DNA of 63,035 bases, counting the filler, from Stramenopiles sp. TOSAG23-3 (Eukaryota), in the NCBI GenBank assembly GCA_900128585.1. It is 12 parts of 12 records of this genome, joined end to end, with 100 filler letters (N's around TTAATTAATTAA, not from the genome) between each part and the next. Parts side by side here need not be neighbours in the genome. Positions count along the whole stretch, not along the records: positions 19,911 to 26,435 come from LT643299.1; positions 26,536 to 33,056 come from LT643300.1; 10 more parts are not named here. One strand, 5' to 3'. Position 1 is the first letter of the stretch. Every line of letters starts with the position of its first letter. Below are positions 20,258-30,898 of the stretch, one piece after another. A program made the translations under genes and the position numbers. The notes under the pieces were generated by a model that saw only the letters and a program-made list of their open reading frames with translations, searched no databases and was not told the origin of the DNA.

Positions 20258-21376
20258 ATGAGTCTTCCGTTGCTGCGCAGGAAGGAAACTCCTGGCAGGA
20301 AAGGAAGGAGAAGAAGGCGGGACAGAACGAACACGAAGAAAAAGCTCCCTGTCGCCATATCTGTCGGCGACCTTTTAAGAATAGAAGAGTCTCGGGGCGT
20401 GGGCAAACTTCTTGATATTTTAACAGAGAAATGTCTTTCCAAAATAGCCAAGAGCTCATCAGGCGGGGCGAGGGAAATGTTTTTACTGTTTCTTACCGAA
20501 GGCAAAGGTGGAAACGAAGTTGGTATTAACTTCGCATCCTTCAAAAGCGGCTGCAAAAGGCTGTCCCTTGGGTTCTCCGAGAAAGAGATAGCGATAGCGT
20601 TTAGAAAGATTGACGGTGATGGAAACGGTTCGATTGACTTTGAAGAGTTTGCAAATCTCATTCTGAGCCACCACACCCACATTCTTCGGACAATTGATTA
20701 CCAGGCAAAGGGGCAGCTTCGGAACACACAGTTACAAATGTTGAACAAGCTGCGTCAGCGAGGCGCTGGCCGCTCCAAGGGATCTCACGGGGCCGTCCAT
20801 GGACATCGAGTGAACGTAGCGACGCTTCAACAAAAACTCAAGCAAACAATATGGGAATGGGCCAAGGGCGACGCAAATCTCTTGCGTCAATTGTTTCGCC
20901 ATTTTCAAGACACGCTACAACGCAATGGGGTTACTTTCCAGAGCTTCATTCATGGATTGCAAGCATGCGAATGCAACATGTCGCCCCAGGACCAATGGGC
21001 ATTATTTAATGCGTGCGATAGAAAAGGAAATGGCCTGCTAAACTTCAAGCAGTTCCGCTCAGAGTATACCACAAGGAGGCGCCCGACCGATCGAAGACAT
21101 TCAAACGCGGCAATGAACAACGAGCTAGAGAAATACCTCGAAAAAACGCGGTCCGAGCACGTGAAGAAGCATTCTATCCCGTCCCTTTCCTCGAGTCGCC
21201 TTCGTCCCAACCAAACGCTAAGCGTTGGAAGCGATTCAACCGCTTCGTTTACTTCGCGAACAAGTCGCAAAACCGCGCCGTTTGCAATGCCAAAGCTCCG
21301 TCGAACATGGGATATGGACAAGTCGGAGACCCTGTATAGCGTTAAGAGCTCCCCGTTTTGTAGTCGGTGCCGGTGA
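20258..21376 (+). CDS. EF-hand calcium-binding protein
   Basis: Canonical loop DGDGNGSIDFEEF and degenerate DRKGNGLLNFKQF. Confidence 0.8.
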   Translation: MSLPLLRRKETPGRKGRRRRRDRTNTKKKLPVAISVGDLLRIEESRGVGKLLDILTEKCLSKIAKSSSGGAREMFLLFLTEGKGGNEVGINFASFKSGCKRLSLGFSEKEIAIAFRKIDGDGNGSIDFEEFANLILSHHTHILRTIDYQAKGQLRNTQLQMLNKLRQRGAGRSKGSHGAVHGHRVNVATLQQKLKQTIWEWAKGDANLLRQLFRHFQDTLQRNGVTFQSFIHGLQACECNMSPQDQWALFNACDRKGNGLLNFKQFRSEYTTRRRPTDRRHSNAAMNNELEKYLEKTRSEHVKKHSIPSLSSSRLRPNQTLSVGSDSTASFTSRTSRKTAPFAMPKLRRTWDMDKSETLYSVKSSPFCSRCR

Positions 21377-21646
21377 TCAGGAAACTGTTAACTGGTTGGT
21401 GTTTTAAATATAGGTTTGTTAAATTGAAAATTTCCGCCCGTAAGTTCGAGTACTCTTACGAATCGGTAAATACCGCACCAAAAAGCACGAAGCCCTAAGT
21501 AAAAATATTATATTATTCATTGATTAGAAGTATATTTACAAGAATTACACTTTGTACAAGAGTAAAAAAAAATGCCAAAAAGTGTATGAAAAATGTCGCA
21601 CGCGTGGTTCTACACACTACTCCGCCCCCCAATCCGAGAGAATCAG

Positions 21647-22333
21647 TTATGCCCACCGCGTCTCTTTCGTTTTACGGTTGTACAGATAATATTTTCCAGT
21701 TCTCGGATCCCTTGCACTTTTCCACTGCCCGTCCATTCTTTTTCGAGGAGACGGAGACCCAGGCAATCGTCGCGGAGACTGTGGCGCTGCTGGCGCTGGG
21801 CGTAATTTCCTATTCCTTACCATTTTACTTCCTCCGAATCCCACGCTTGATTTATAGTTCGAGGGGCGGATTAGCCTGGCAACTCTCAATCGTTGCTGCT
21901 TCAAAGTCGACTGTATGTTCCTATCTATTTCATCTGGTTTTTTGGCGTCCCTAATCTGCTTCCGATTCCGAGGTATAAACCTGGGAGTTCGACTTCCTTC
22001 GTAAGCAGGTCGCGAAAGACTTTCTACCAGTGAGTTCCAGTACCTCTCTTCGTCGGAAGAGTTCTTAAAGTTTAAATGTTCAAGCTTTGGCAAAGTTGTT
22101 ACTGAAGTGGCACTATTCATTCGAGTATCAATGTCCTCTATTCTTTCTTGAAGGGAAGCAAAGACTTCGTAAGGGTTGTCAACAGTCGCTTCTGCCTCCT
22201 TTTTAAATTTTTCGACCGCCTCGTCTATGTTCGTCTGATGCAATTGAGCCTCTTCGGTTTCTCTTTTAAACCGCCCCAGAGTTTTCTGTATTTGCAGCCT
22301 GGCAAGGTCCAGTTCCAGGTTTGCAGTGCTCAT
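21647..22333 (-). CDS. Coiled-coil protein with C-terminal WW domain
   Basis: Ends GQWKSARDPRTGKYYLYNRKTKETRWA. Confidence 0.8.
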   Translation of the reverse strand: MSTANLELDLARLQIQKTLGRFKRETEEAQLHQTNIDEAVEKFKKEAEATVDNPYEVFASLQERIEDIDTRMNSATSVTTLPKLEHLNFKNSSDEERYWNSLVESLSRPAYEGSRTPRFIPRNRKQIRDAKKPDEIDRNIQSTLKQQRLRVARLIRPSNYKSSVGFGGSKMVRNRKLRPAPAAPQSPRRLPGSPSPRKRMDGQWKSARDPRTGKYYLYNRKTKETRWA

Positions 22334-23149
22334 GCTTCTGCAGACTTATGCGTTGTTTCAAAAACAGAACTGTTGCCTACTTTCAGGAAAATGAACAATA
22401 CGTTCGATAAATGTTTCATTTCTGGAACCGTGCCATTCCACAATTGAAGAAAACGCTACCGATATCGGAATATTGGCATTTGCGAGTATAAAATTGTACA
22501 AGAAAACCGCAACGGCAACGAGCGCAAAAAAAGGGGAGAGGAGGAGGAGGAGGGAGGTGTGTTTTATTTAATAATGTATTATAAGTGCCAATAAGAGACT
22601 ACGAGTTCAATCTTCCAGTTCGTTCCGCCGTACCCGTACCTATAGTACTACTAATATATTAATAATACCGTACCCGTACCGTACCTGAGGAACAGGCACC
22701 GAACCTGGTTTTAAATACCTGGTTTTTTATACCTGGTACTGTACCGTTATAGTAAAGACTAATAATAATATACGAGGAGTCCTCGTAATAGTCGTCTTCT
22801 ATTTTATTATTAGAGTCTATTATCTCTTCTTCTTTCTTCTTTCTTCTTTCTTCTTCTTCTTCTTCTTTTCTTCTTTTCTTCTTCTTTCTTCTTCGTCGTC
22901 GCTCGTGTTGTTGTTGTCGATGATTCTTCGTTCACTACTAAAAAAAAATAAAATGGATGGGGTATATTAGAAAAATGGTAACTATCAACTAGTAAACTAA
23001 ATTCACTTCTACGGGACGGAAAGACACTCTTCTATTCCTTTTAAAACATTTCAACACAATTTCCAATTTCAATTTCTTGTACCATATTCTCAGAAAGGTT
23101 TAACAAGAACAACTTGAGAAGCAACAGAAGTGACCCTTCGAAACTACCC

Positions 23150-24634
23150 ATGGCAGACTATGCAAATTATGAGGGTAGGAAAGAGTCTGCGCCGTCTTTT
23201 GAAGCGGAGGAACGCGTCGTGCTTAATGTTGGCGGGGTAAAATTTGAGACTTACCGGAGCACTCTGGTGCAGCAAACGGGGAATCTTCTGTCCGCAATGT
23301 TTTCGGAACGCAACAAGCAGATGTTGAAGGCGGACAAACATGGAGAGTACTTTTTCGATCGAGACCCTTCGTGTTTCAACGTTATTTTGAATTACTTTCG
23401 GACTGGAAAGCTTCTGGTTCCCAGCAACATTTCCGAAGAACTGATGAAGGAAGAGTTTGCCTTCTTTCAGATCGAGTTGTCACCCAACGTTGACAGCGAA
23501 GCAGCGGTCTATGCATGGGGCCGTGGGGAATATGGCCAGCTGGGGCACGGGAGTCGTCAGGGTGCAAATTTCCCAAAGTTGGTATCCATGCCACAAAATG
23601 TAGTAGTCGTAAAACTGAGCCTGGGAACGTCGCACTCTTGCGCGTTATGCACTTATGGCAACGTTTACAGTTGGGGCTACGGAGGAGACGGCCGTTTGGG
23701 CCATGGAGACGAAGAGGATGTCCTTGTACCAAAAATGATAGAATCACTGCAGAACGAGCATTTAGTAGACATAGATTGTGGCGAACTGCACTCTGGGGCA
23801 ACCACAGAAACGGGGAAAGTATTCCTTTGGGGCTTTGGTAAAAATGGACGTCTCGGTTTAGGAAACAACACAGAGAATAGGCTGACGCCAACGTGCGTGG
23901 AGGAGGGGTTTCTTGGGTTTGACATTGCGAGCATTTCGTGTGGCGGGTTGCACACCGCGTGTCTATCGTCCAGGGGGGAGATTTTTACTTTTGGGTTGGG
24001 AAAAGACGGAAGGTTGGGGCACGGGAACGAAGACAACAGCCATAGGCCGCAGATGGTCCAATTTTTCGGAAGAATAAAAATTGCCCAAGTGATATGTGGG
24101 GGGCACCACACGTCTGCACTAGATGTAGAAGGGCGCATATGGACATGGGGGTTTGATGACGATGGGCGGCTCGGTCACGGTACACCAGGGCATCAATTTA
24201 TTCCCCTGGTCGTGGAGAGTTTGGTCCACAAAAAAATTGTATCCGTAGCATGTGGTTGTTGGCATAGTGCAGCTTTGGCGGACGATGGCACGGTGTTTAC
24301 ATGGGGCAGCTGCAAATCAGGACAGCTCGGTCTGGGCGACAAAAGTCCTGTTCCAGTGCCAAGGGTGTGCTTACAAGGCATTGGACAAGGGCGGATTAAG
24401 GAAATTGCGTGCGGAACGGCGCACACGGTAGCCTTGACAGAAGGCGGGAACGTGTTCTGTTGGGGAAAAAACGAAGATGGGCGTCTTGGGCTCGATGCCA
24501 CAGGGGACGTTACCACACCTTCGGTGGTTCCGCTTGATGGTGCGCCAATGACGCACATTGCTGCCAGTGTGTACAGTACAGCTGCGTGGTACGTGCCACC
24601 GAATGTTCCAGAGGGAGAAGAAGACGATGCGTAA
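23150..24634 (+). CDS. KCTD/T1-type BTB-POZ + RCC1-repeat propeller protein
   Basis: RVVLNVGGVKFETYRSTL..YFFDRDPSCFNVILNYFRTGKL, then about 7 repeats of VYxWGxGxxGxLGxG...IxCGxxHT. Likely ATG at 23150. Confidence 0.9.
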   Translation: MADYANYEGRKESAPSFEAEERVVLNVGGVKFETYRSTLVQQTGNLLSAMFSERNKQMLKADKHGEYFFDRDPSCFNVILNYFRTGKLLVPSNISEELMKEEFAFFQIELSPNVDSEAAVYAWGRGEYGQLGHGSRQGANFPKLVSMPQNVVVVKLSLGTSHSCALCTYGNVYSWGYGGDGRLGHGDEEDVLVPKMIESLQNEHLVDIDCGELHSGATTETGKVFLWGFGKNGRLGLGNNTENRLTPTCVEEGFLGFDIASISCGGLHTACLSSRGEIFTFGLGKDGRLGHGNEDNSHRPQMVQFFGRIKIAQVICGGHHTSALDVEGRIWTWGFDDDGRLGHGTPGHQFIPLVVESLVHKKIVSVACGCWHSAALADDGTVFTWGSCKSGQLGLGDKSPVPVPRVCLQGIGQGRIKEIACGTAHTVALTEGGNVFCWGKNEDGRLGLDATGDVTTPSVVPLDGAPMTHIAASVYSTAAWYVPPNVPEGEEDDA

Positions 24635-24905
24635 AAAACTAAGAATTTTTACGAGAGAGATATTTTTTTCTTCTTAAAGTTTAAGAATTGTTAAGGCCAT
24701 ATTGTCATAAAATTTATTAATTCATAATTCGCCCACGCACATCGACCCAAACGACCCTCTCCCGGCACCTCAACTCACAAATGACAATTCCCTGACTGAT
24801 TTACAAGACAGACAACGAGCACCTTTAAAACAACTGCTTGGAAAACACAAGGACTAAAGGACTGTGCTGCGGAAAAACGCCACACGCCAACTTCAGGGTA
24901 TAACA

Positions 24906-26309
24906 CTATATACCACCCAGCTTGCAAACCCCATAAATAATCGCCGAAATAATCCCAGACGCGGGAAGGGTAACCAGCCAACCGGCAACAATTCTTTTCA
25001 AAACTTTCAAGTCGACCCCTTTTCCTCCGTCTGCATACCCCACCCCCGCGATACTACCTACGAGGACAGATGTAGTAGAAATGGGAAGTCCCAGGCTTGT
25101 GCATATCAGCACAGCGACCGATGCCCCGTATTGGGCAGCGAAACCTTTCGAAAACGTAAGGCGAGTTATTTTCTCTCCCACAGTTTCAATTACACGTTTC
25201 CCAAACGCTGAAAGGCCAACAACGATCCCGAGCCCACCAAAAAACGTCACTAGGATAGGAGTTTCGTGCGACTCGATCCCCTTCAAACTGCCGTTTTCAT
25301 AGACATACAGACATGCGCTGAATGGGCCTATTGCATTCCCGACATCGTTGCCACCATGCCCAAACGCCACGCACGCTGCGGTCATTACCATGGGAAGTAT
25401 AAAGTATTGCTCGGCGGGCTTCATTTTGACGACACTATCGCTTGGAGGCGGGGCGCCGTTTTCCTCTGCGAGGGGGGCGTTCTCTTTCAACTGTTCTTGG
25501 GCCGGCGCTTCCGTGGCCACCTGAAAAGAATCTTTTGGTGCCGCGGTCAGCATTTGGTGTTCTATGCCATCCAGGGACCCTCGTCTGACCAAGTACCCTT
25601 TTCTCTGCATGTACGGGAGTACGAGGAAGCGAAAACAGGCAAAAGAAATTCCAAACGATAGGACGGTCAAACCCACCGTCGCCCAACCGCTGGAAGGATG
25701 AAGGGCTGTCGGCCCTGCGACCATTGTGAAGCACACCAGAGTTGCGAACGTGCCAGCGTTCAAAAACGGGGCTGCCAGCGCCGCTCGACTTAAGCTGCCC
25801 CCGGGTGCATCAAGGACAAATTTCAATATTGCTTTGTAAATTGTGAAGCTGAACAACAGGCCGGCCGCCGGCGAGAGTACCCAGCTCAAAGACGTCAACC
25901 CGACCTCCGTCCAGTCGACAGACGATCCTCCGTGTTCGACTATGCCAATAGCGACCAACGCACCAATAACTGCGTGGGTGGACGATACAGGCAACGCGTA
26001 TTTTGTCGCGGCAACCGTGAACATCATGCTGCCGAACAGTGCAGACATCATCCCGTAAGAATACTGGGCCGAAGAAAACTTCGTTTCTTCCAAAAATTTC
26101 GCTGCCAGGGCGTTTGCAGTTTTGCCACCGACCAGGGTAGCGCCCAGCAATTCAAAGATGCCCCCCAAAATACATGCACTTTTCAGCGACAAGGCCTTGC
26201 TTCCAACAGAGGTACCAAGCGCGTTTGCAACGTCATTGGCACCCACAGAGATTATGTACAGCGCCCCAACAATACCACCGACAACGACGGGAACGAGAAG
26301 CTCCGACAT
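24906..26309 (-). CDS. PiT/PHO4 (SLC20) inorganic phosphate transporter
   Basis: GANDVANALGTSVGS, LPVSSTH, HGGNDVGNAIGP, GLPISTT; multiple TM segments. Likely ATG at 26309. Confidence 0.93.
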   Translation of the reverse strand: MSELLVPVVVGGIVGALYIISVGANDVANALGTSVGSKALSLKSACILGGIFELLGATLVGGKTANALAAKFLEETKFSSAQYSYGMMSALFGSMMFTVAATKYALPVSSTHAVIGALVAIGIVEHGGSSVDWTEVGLTSLSWVLSPAAGLLFSFTIYKAILKFVLDAPGGSLSRAALAAPFLNAGTFATLVCFTMVAGPTALHPSSGWATVGLTVLSFGISFACFRFLVLPYMQRKGYLVRRGSLDGIEHQMLTAAPKDSFQVATEAPAQEQLKENAPLAEENGAPPPSDSVVKMKPAEQYFILPMVMTAACVAFGHGGNDVGNAIGPFSACLYVYENGSLKGIESHETPILVTFFGGLGIVVGLSAFGKRVIETVGEKITRLTFSKGFAAQYGASVAVLICTSLGLPISTTSVLVGSIAGVGYADGGKGVDLKVLKRIVAGWLVTLPASGIISAIIYGVCKLGGI

Positions 26310-26535
26310 GGCAGGGGGAAAAGCACGCCGCCTCTCACCCAAGTTATTTCCGTGCGACGACGTCCACGAAGGTTGGATTTTACATATAGTATGTGTTTAA
26401 AGTGCACGACTATTACCGTCGGTGAGGATCGACGCNNNNNNNNNNNNNNNNNNNNNNNNNNNNNNNNNNNNNNNNNNNNTTAATTAATTAANNNNNNNNN
26501 NNNNNNNNNNNNNNNNNNNNNNNNNNNNNNNNNNN

Positions 26536-27996
26536 CTGCACAATGCAGGGCTGTACGGGCGAGAAAAAAATGCCATGTGGCTCATGAAACTGCCCGCCGT
26601 GGGCGCGGAGCAAGTGCTACGGTTAGACAAAGCCCGTGCGGCGAGGAACGCGGGCGACGGGGACCGGGCCGACAGTGGGCACGACGAGAGCAATGTACAA
26701 ATCGTGAGGCACTGGAAAAAGAAGTCCAAGAGCGGGAAGACGGCCGCAGAGATAGCAACGGACGGGTACAGCATGGGCAAGCACAACAAGGAGATGCTCG
26801 GCAAATCGCTGGCCGACCTTGCCAAGTCGTACGGTGAAAACGTGTCCAACCAGCCGGCCGCCGCGTCGAGCGTGAACATGAAGACGGCCGCCGAGGTAGA
26901 GCGCCAAAAAGACGTGAGATCCCTCCTCTCCAAGTGCAAAATGGACGAGCACTTCGATAAATTGTGCGAGCAAGGGTTCGAGTCGTTCGACCAGCTCGCC
27001 CTGATGACTGCCGAAGACTTGCAGATGATGGGCGTAAAGCCGGGGCACTCCCGGGTCATCATGAGCAAAGTGAAAGAGGTTATTGAGGTAAGTACCCCCA
27101 ACACTTTCCTTCTACCGATTCCCTTCTTTTTTCTACCTGAAAAATATTGACAAAGTGGCAACGAACGGGTGTTGGCCTTCCGCTTCCTTGTTTTTTCTTA
27201 TCTATTTTCCGTGTGTTTTCCTCGTTCTTTCTTTTTCCCTCTTTCTCAGGGTGGCCCCGATTTTATCGCAGACTTTAGACTGGGAATCGAGCCTCTAGAT
27301 GGAAGAAGAAGCCGAGTAGGTCATCAATTTCGTTCTAATTGTTTTGTAAAATGTACACGTTTCCTAACAGCTCTCCCCTCCCTTTTGCAGCAAAACTCCA
27401 TCCGAGGAGATTCCCCGGTCGCAGCAGCAGACCCCAGTTTGACAAGTGCGGTGCCACCCGCGCAAGCACGGGGGAAAATGTTGAAACGTTCCAACACCAG
27501 CCCTATTTTACCCTCTCGCAGAACGTCCGCGCCCCCGGAAATGAACCACCTCCACCACGCCCAATCGGCGTCTACCGTCGACGGCGAGCACCGGAAGCCC
27601 CATGTCCAGTCTATGGTCGTGTCGAAAAGCAGGGCCCTGGACCTGGGCGATGAAAAGGGCTCCGAGCCTGCCCTAGACCCTACGCACTTGCAAAACAGCT
27701 CCGCGATGGATCTCCTTGCGCCGCCAACGGCGTCGGCCTTGGACATCCTCGCACCGCCACCTGAGGCGGAAGGGGACGCCAGAGAAACTCTAGAAATCCA
27801 TGATTTCGTCCCAGGAAATGACTTGCCCAGTCCGATCTCGCAAAGATCCACGGTAGACCTGCTTTCGCCCCCCCCCGAAGAAGACGGGGCGGACGAAGCA
27901 AATGCAAATGAACCCAATCCTGAAGATGCGGTTCCTGCTGTCCACATTACTAGTGCGCTGGACTTGCTTGCCCCCCCGGAGGAAAGTTCAGAGTGA
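26536..27996 (+). CDS. 5'-partial spliced gene: ankyrin-like + SAM domain + DLLxPP-repeat tail. Predicted exons <26536-27087, 27250-27315, 27391-27996
   Basis: SAM-like VRSLLSKCKMDEHFDKLCEQGFESFDQLALMTAEDLQMMGVKPGHSRVIM. Intron 27088-27249 (GTAAGT..polypyrimidine..CAG) and candidate intron 27316-27390 (GTAGGT..CTAAC..TTTTGCAG) are both phase 0 and keep the frame. Confidence 0.75.
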
Positions 27997-28102
27997 TTGT
28001 ATTTTCTTGTCTGTTTATAATACTGAACATAATTTTACCATTTAAAAACAAAAATAATGGCTCTGTTTTTTTGACGAATTTAACGACTAAGAATATTTTT
28101 AT

Positions 28103-28163
28103 CAGTACACATTCATTTTAATTAACATATGATACTGAAATAACAGCCAATTTTCTTGTTTTA
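28103..28163 (-). mobile_element. End fragment of MITE-like repeat
   Basis: AAATAACAGCCAATTTTCTTGTTT at 28138-28161, plus degenerate CAGTACACATTCATTTTAATT upstream. Confidence 0.7.
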
Positions 28164-28807
28164 TTTTTTAATTATTAAGTTACAGTAGTATGACTAAGTA
28201 TTTTTCTGAGTTAGTATTTTTCTTGTGGCTCGCTCTACTAGTTTAAATTATTTTCAATTAAATACTATACATTTGCCAATAGTGACGACTATATGTACAC
28301 TCGTAGTCGTATTTTCCCTATCTATAAATATTAATATGAACACAGCTTCACATCAGTGGTGGTGATAAATGCATGACATCCACAAATAAATTAATAGCGT
28401 GTTTAGTACTTAATAAACCATAGGGACAATACAATGGATGGGGATGGATGGTGGGAAGAGAAGAGAGGAAGAAGAAGAAGAGTTGATGCTGTGATTATTG
28501 TCTTCTTCTGCTATTATTGGTATTATACCTGTACTCTATCTAGTAAGGAAGTAGGGTGAGATAAAAGAGAAGAAAGGAAAAGAAGAGAAGAAGAGAAGAA
28601 GAATAATATATAATAATAATAATAGAAAAAAAAGAAGAAGAAGAAGAAGTGGTGTGTTATTTTAAAATATAAATTTCCTAACAAAAGTAAAGTGTGAATG
28701 AGAAGAAGAAGAGGACGATAGAAACAAACGAAATGATCGGAAAATGTAAGACATCCATGAGAAAGCATGCATTGAACAATCAGGAAAATTAATTGTATTA
28801 GGAAACA

Positions 28808-30115
28808 ATGGCTGATATATTATCTCTTTTGCCGGCGCCGAAGCATCAGCGCGCTTCTACGACAGCCGCGCTCCCGCCGCCCCCGCCGCCTCCGGTGTCC
28901 CTGGGTGAAGAGCACGCGATTGCTTCAAGCGGTCGAAGCGTAAACCAAACGGTTCACTCTTCTATAACGTCCATCATTCCTACAAACATTGCATCCCAAC
29001 ACTTGGAAAAGCCATCAAGTGCGGATGTGGACGAAACAACAAACAGGACAAAAAATGCCTTAGAGAAGCTGTTGGGTGGGAAAGTAGGATCGTTCAAGAA
29101 GAACACAGCCGGCGCCAACGCGTCTGGGGACTCGCGCTACGTCAAGTACAATGGAAATAGAAGCAACGCTGGCCGGAGCAAACAGCGTGTCGTGCGGTTG
29201 GTCCGTGAGCAGGTGGATCCATTAGAGCCTGCTCGGTTCAAGCACAAGAAGGTGGCAAGTGGGCCCGGATCCCCCCCCGCGCCAGTCCTGCACTCTCCGG
29301 CGAAAAAATTGACCAAGGAAGACGAGATGGCGTGGAAAATCCCCCCGTCAATCTCGAATTGGAAGAATCGCCAGGGTTTTACGATATCGTTAGACAAGCG
29401 CTTGGCCGCAGACGGCAGCGGGCTAAGGGACAATACGGTGAGCGATAGGTTCAGTGGTTTTAGTGAGGCGCTATTCATTGCGGAAAAGAAAGCACGGGAA
29501 GAAGTGAAGGCGCGCCAGGAGTTGCAAAAGAAACTATTGGAGCAAACGCGTGAAAAGGAGGAGGAGCGACTTCGGGCCCTTGCTGCGAAGGCCCGTATGC
29601 AGCGTGTTTCAAACGGCGGCAAATCGGGCTCTCGAGGGGACTGCGAGGGTGGGGATAAGAAGGGTTTTGACGAGCGCGAGGCAATGAGGAGGGAACGAAA
29701 GCGGGAGCGCGATAGGGAGGTCCGAATGGAAGCGGCAGGGATAGGAACCAAAGCCAGTAGGGACAGGGACAGAGATGTTAGTGAAAAGATAGCCTTAGGG
29801 ATGCTCAGCTCGAAATCGGCAGCTGGGAACAACGGCGCCCAGTTTGATGAACGCCTTTTTAATCAAAGCGGTGGGATGAGTTCAGGCTTTGGCGCCGCCG
29901 ATGAGGACAACATGTATACGGAACGGTTGTTTGGGAAGACAACAGCAGACTCTATCTACCGACCACGGGGAGCCTTGAAAAAAAAACAATCTGTCGCAGA
30001 GGAGCACATGGACGAGATCGATCGTGCTGCAAAACGTTTCAAAGGATTCTCTGGTACGGACAATGTAGATGCCAGTGCACGAGATGGTGCTCCAGTTCAA
30101 TTTGAAAGGGCGTGA
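28808..30115 (+). CDS. SNW1: SNW/SKIP splicing factor (Prp45)
   Basis: DPLEPARFKHKK, SPPAPVLHSP, WKIPPSISNWKN, LDKRLAADG, RDVSEKIALG, PVQFER. Confidence 0.96.
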   Translation: MADILSLLPAPKHQRASTTAALPPPPPPPVSLGEEHAIASSGRSVNQTVHSSITSIIPTNIASQHLEKPSSADVDETTNRTKNALEKLLGGKVGSFKKNTAGANASGDSRYVKYNGNRSNAGRSKQRVVRLVREQVDPLEPARFKHKKVASGPGSPPAPVLHSPAKKLTKEDEMAWKIPPSISNWKNRQGFTISLDKRLAADGSGLRDNTVSDRFSGFSEALFIAEKKAREEVKARQELQKKLLEQTREKEEERLRALAAKARMQRVSNGGKSGSRGDCEGGDKKGFDEREAMRRERKRERDREVRMEAAGIGTKASRDRDRDVSEKIALGMLSSKSAAGNNGAQFDERLFNQSGGMSSGFGAADEDNMYTERLFGKTTADSIYRPRGALKKKQSVAEEHMDEIDRAAKRFKGFSGTDNVDASARDGAPVQFERA

Positions 30116-30898
30116 GGACCATACCTGCCGAATTAGTCACTGTGTATATATGCACGTATACATGTATAACACCTTCGAACTTTTTTGTGAGAAACAAAAA
30201 TATTTTATTTTTTTTTCAATTGCTGCTGCTCTGAATAGTAAAACGTTGCCCCTAACCAACGTACGAAGGAACGAAGAAAGAACCTCCTTCTTCCAAAAAT
30301 ATGATAAATTTACACACAACAACACACAACTGAATACTATTAAAATAAATATAATAATGAGAGAAATAATAAGAAATAATTATTACTTTTTTTTTTGTTT
30401 TGTTGTTTTTTTATTTTTTTTTATATAATAAAAGAGTTCACATGGTAGATACCTGCTGTACCATACTTTTACTTTTTTTTTTATTGTAATTTAAATTATA
30501 ATATATATCTAATAGGCCTTCTACGGTGGTATTATATAAATCTTATTTTTATTATGTTTTATACGAGGAGGTAAGAAGAAGAAGGGAAGAGGAGGAGGAC
30601 GTAGGTTGTCCTGACCATTCAAGTAGTAGTAGTTTACATAACCACAGCATTATGCATGGTACCAATAAAAAATAAGAAGAAGAAGAAAAAAATTGTTTCA
30701 GAGCAAAAAAAACTGATGATGAATTTGACTTTCTTTCCAATTTACTACTGGTATGACTGTTTGTTCCATTACCTTTTACGATAAAGAAATGAAACGGAAA
30801 GAAACGGTAGGTGCTTGCGATATATTTTGCTTCTTGTGAGCGTTGCACCCTGACGCATGCCCCACTGTGAAATATTTTTGAAAACTTATCGTTGAACC

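Noticed and set aside
23500-24600. UVR8 photoreceptor
   Set aside because: RCC1 repeats lack the GWRHT tryptophan triad, and the protein has a BTB domain.
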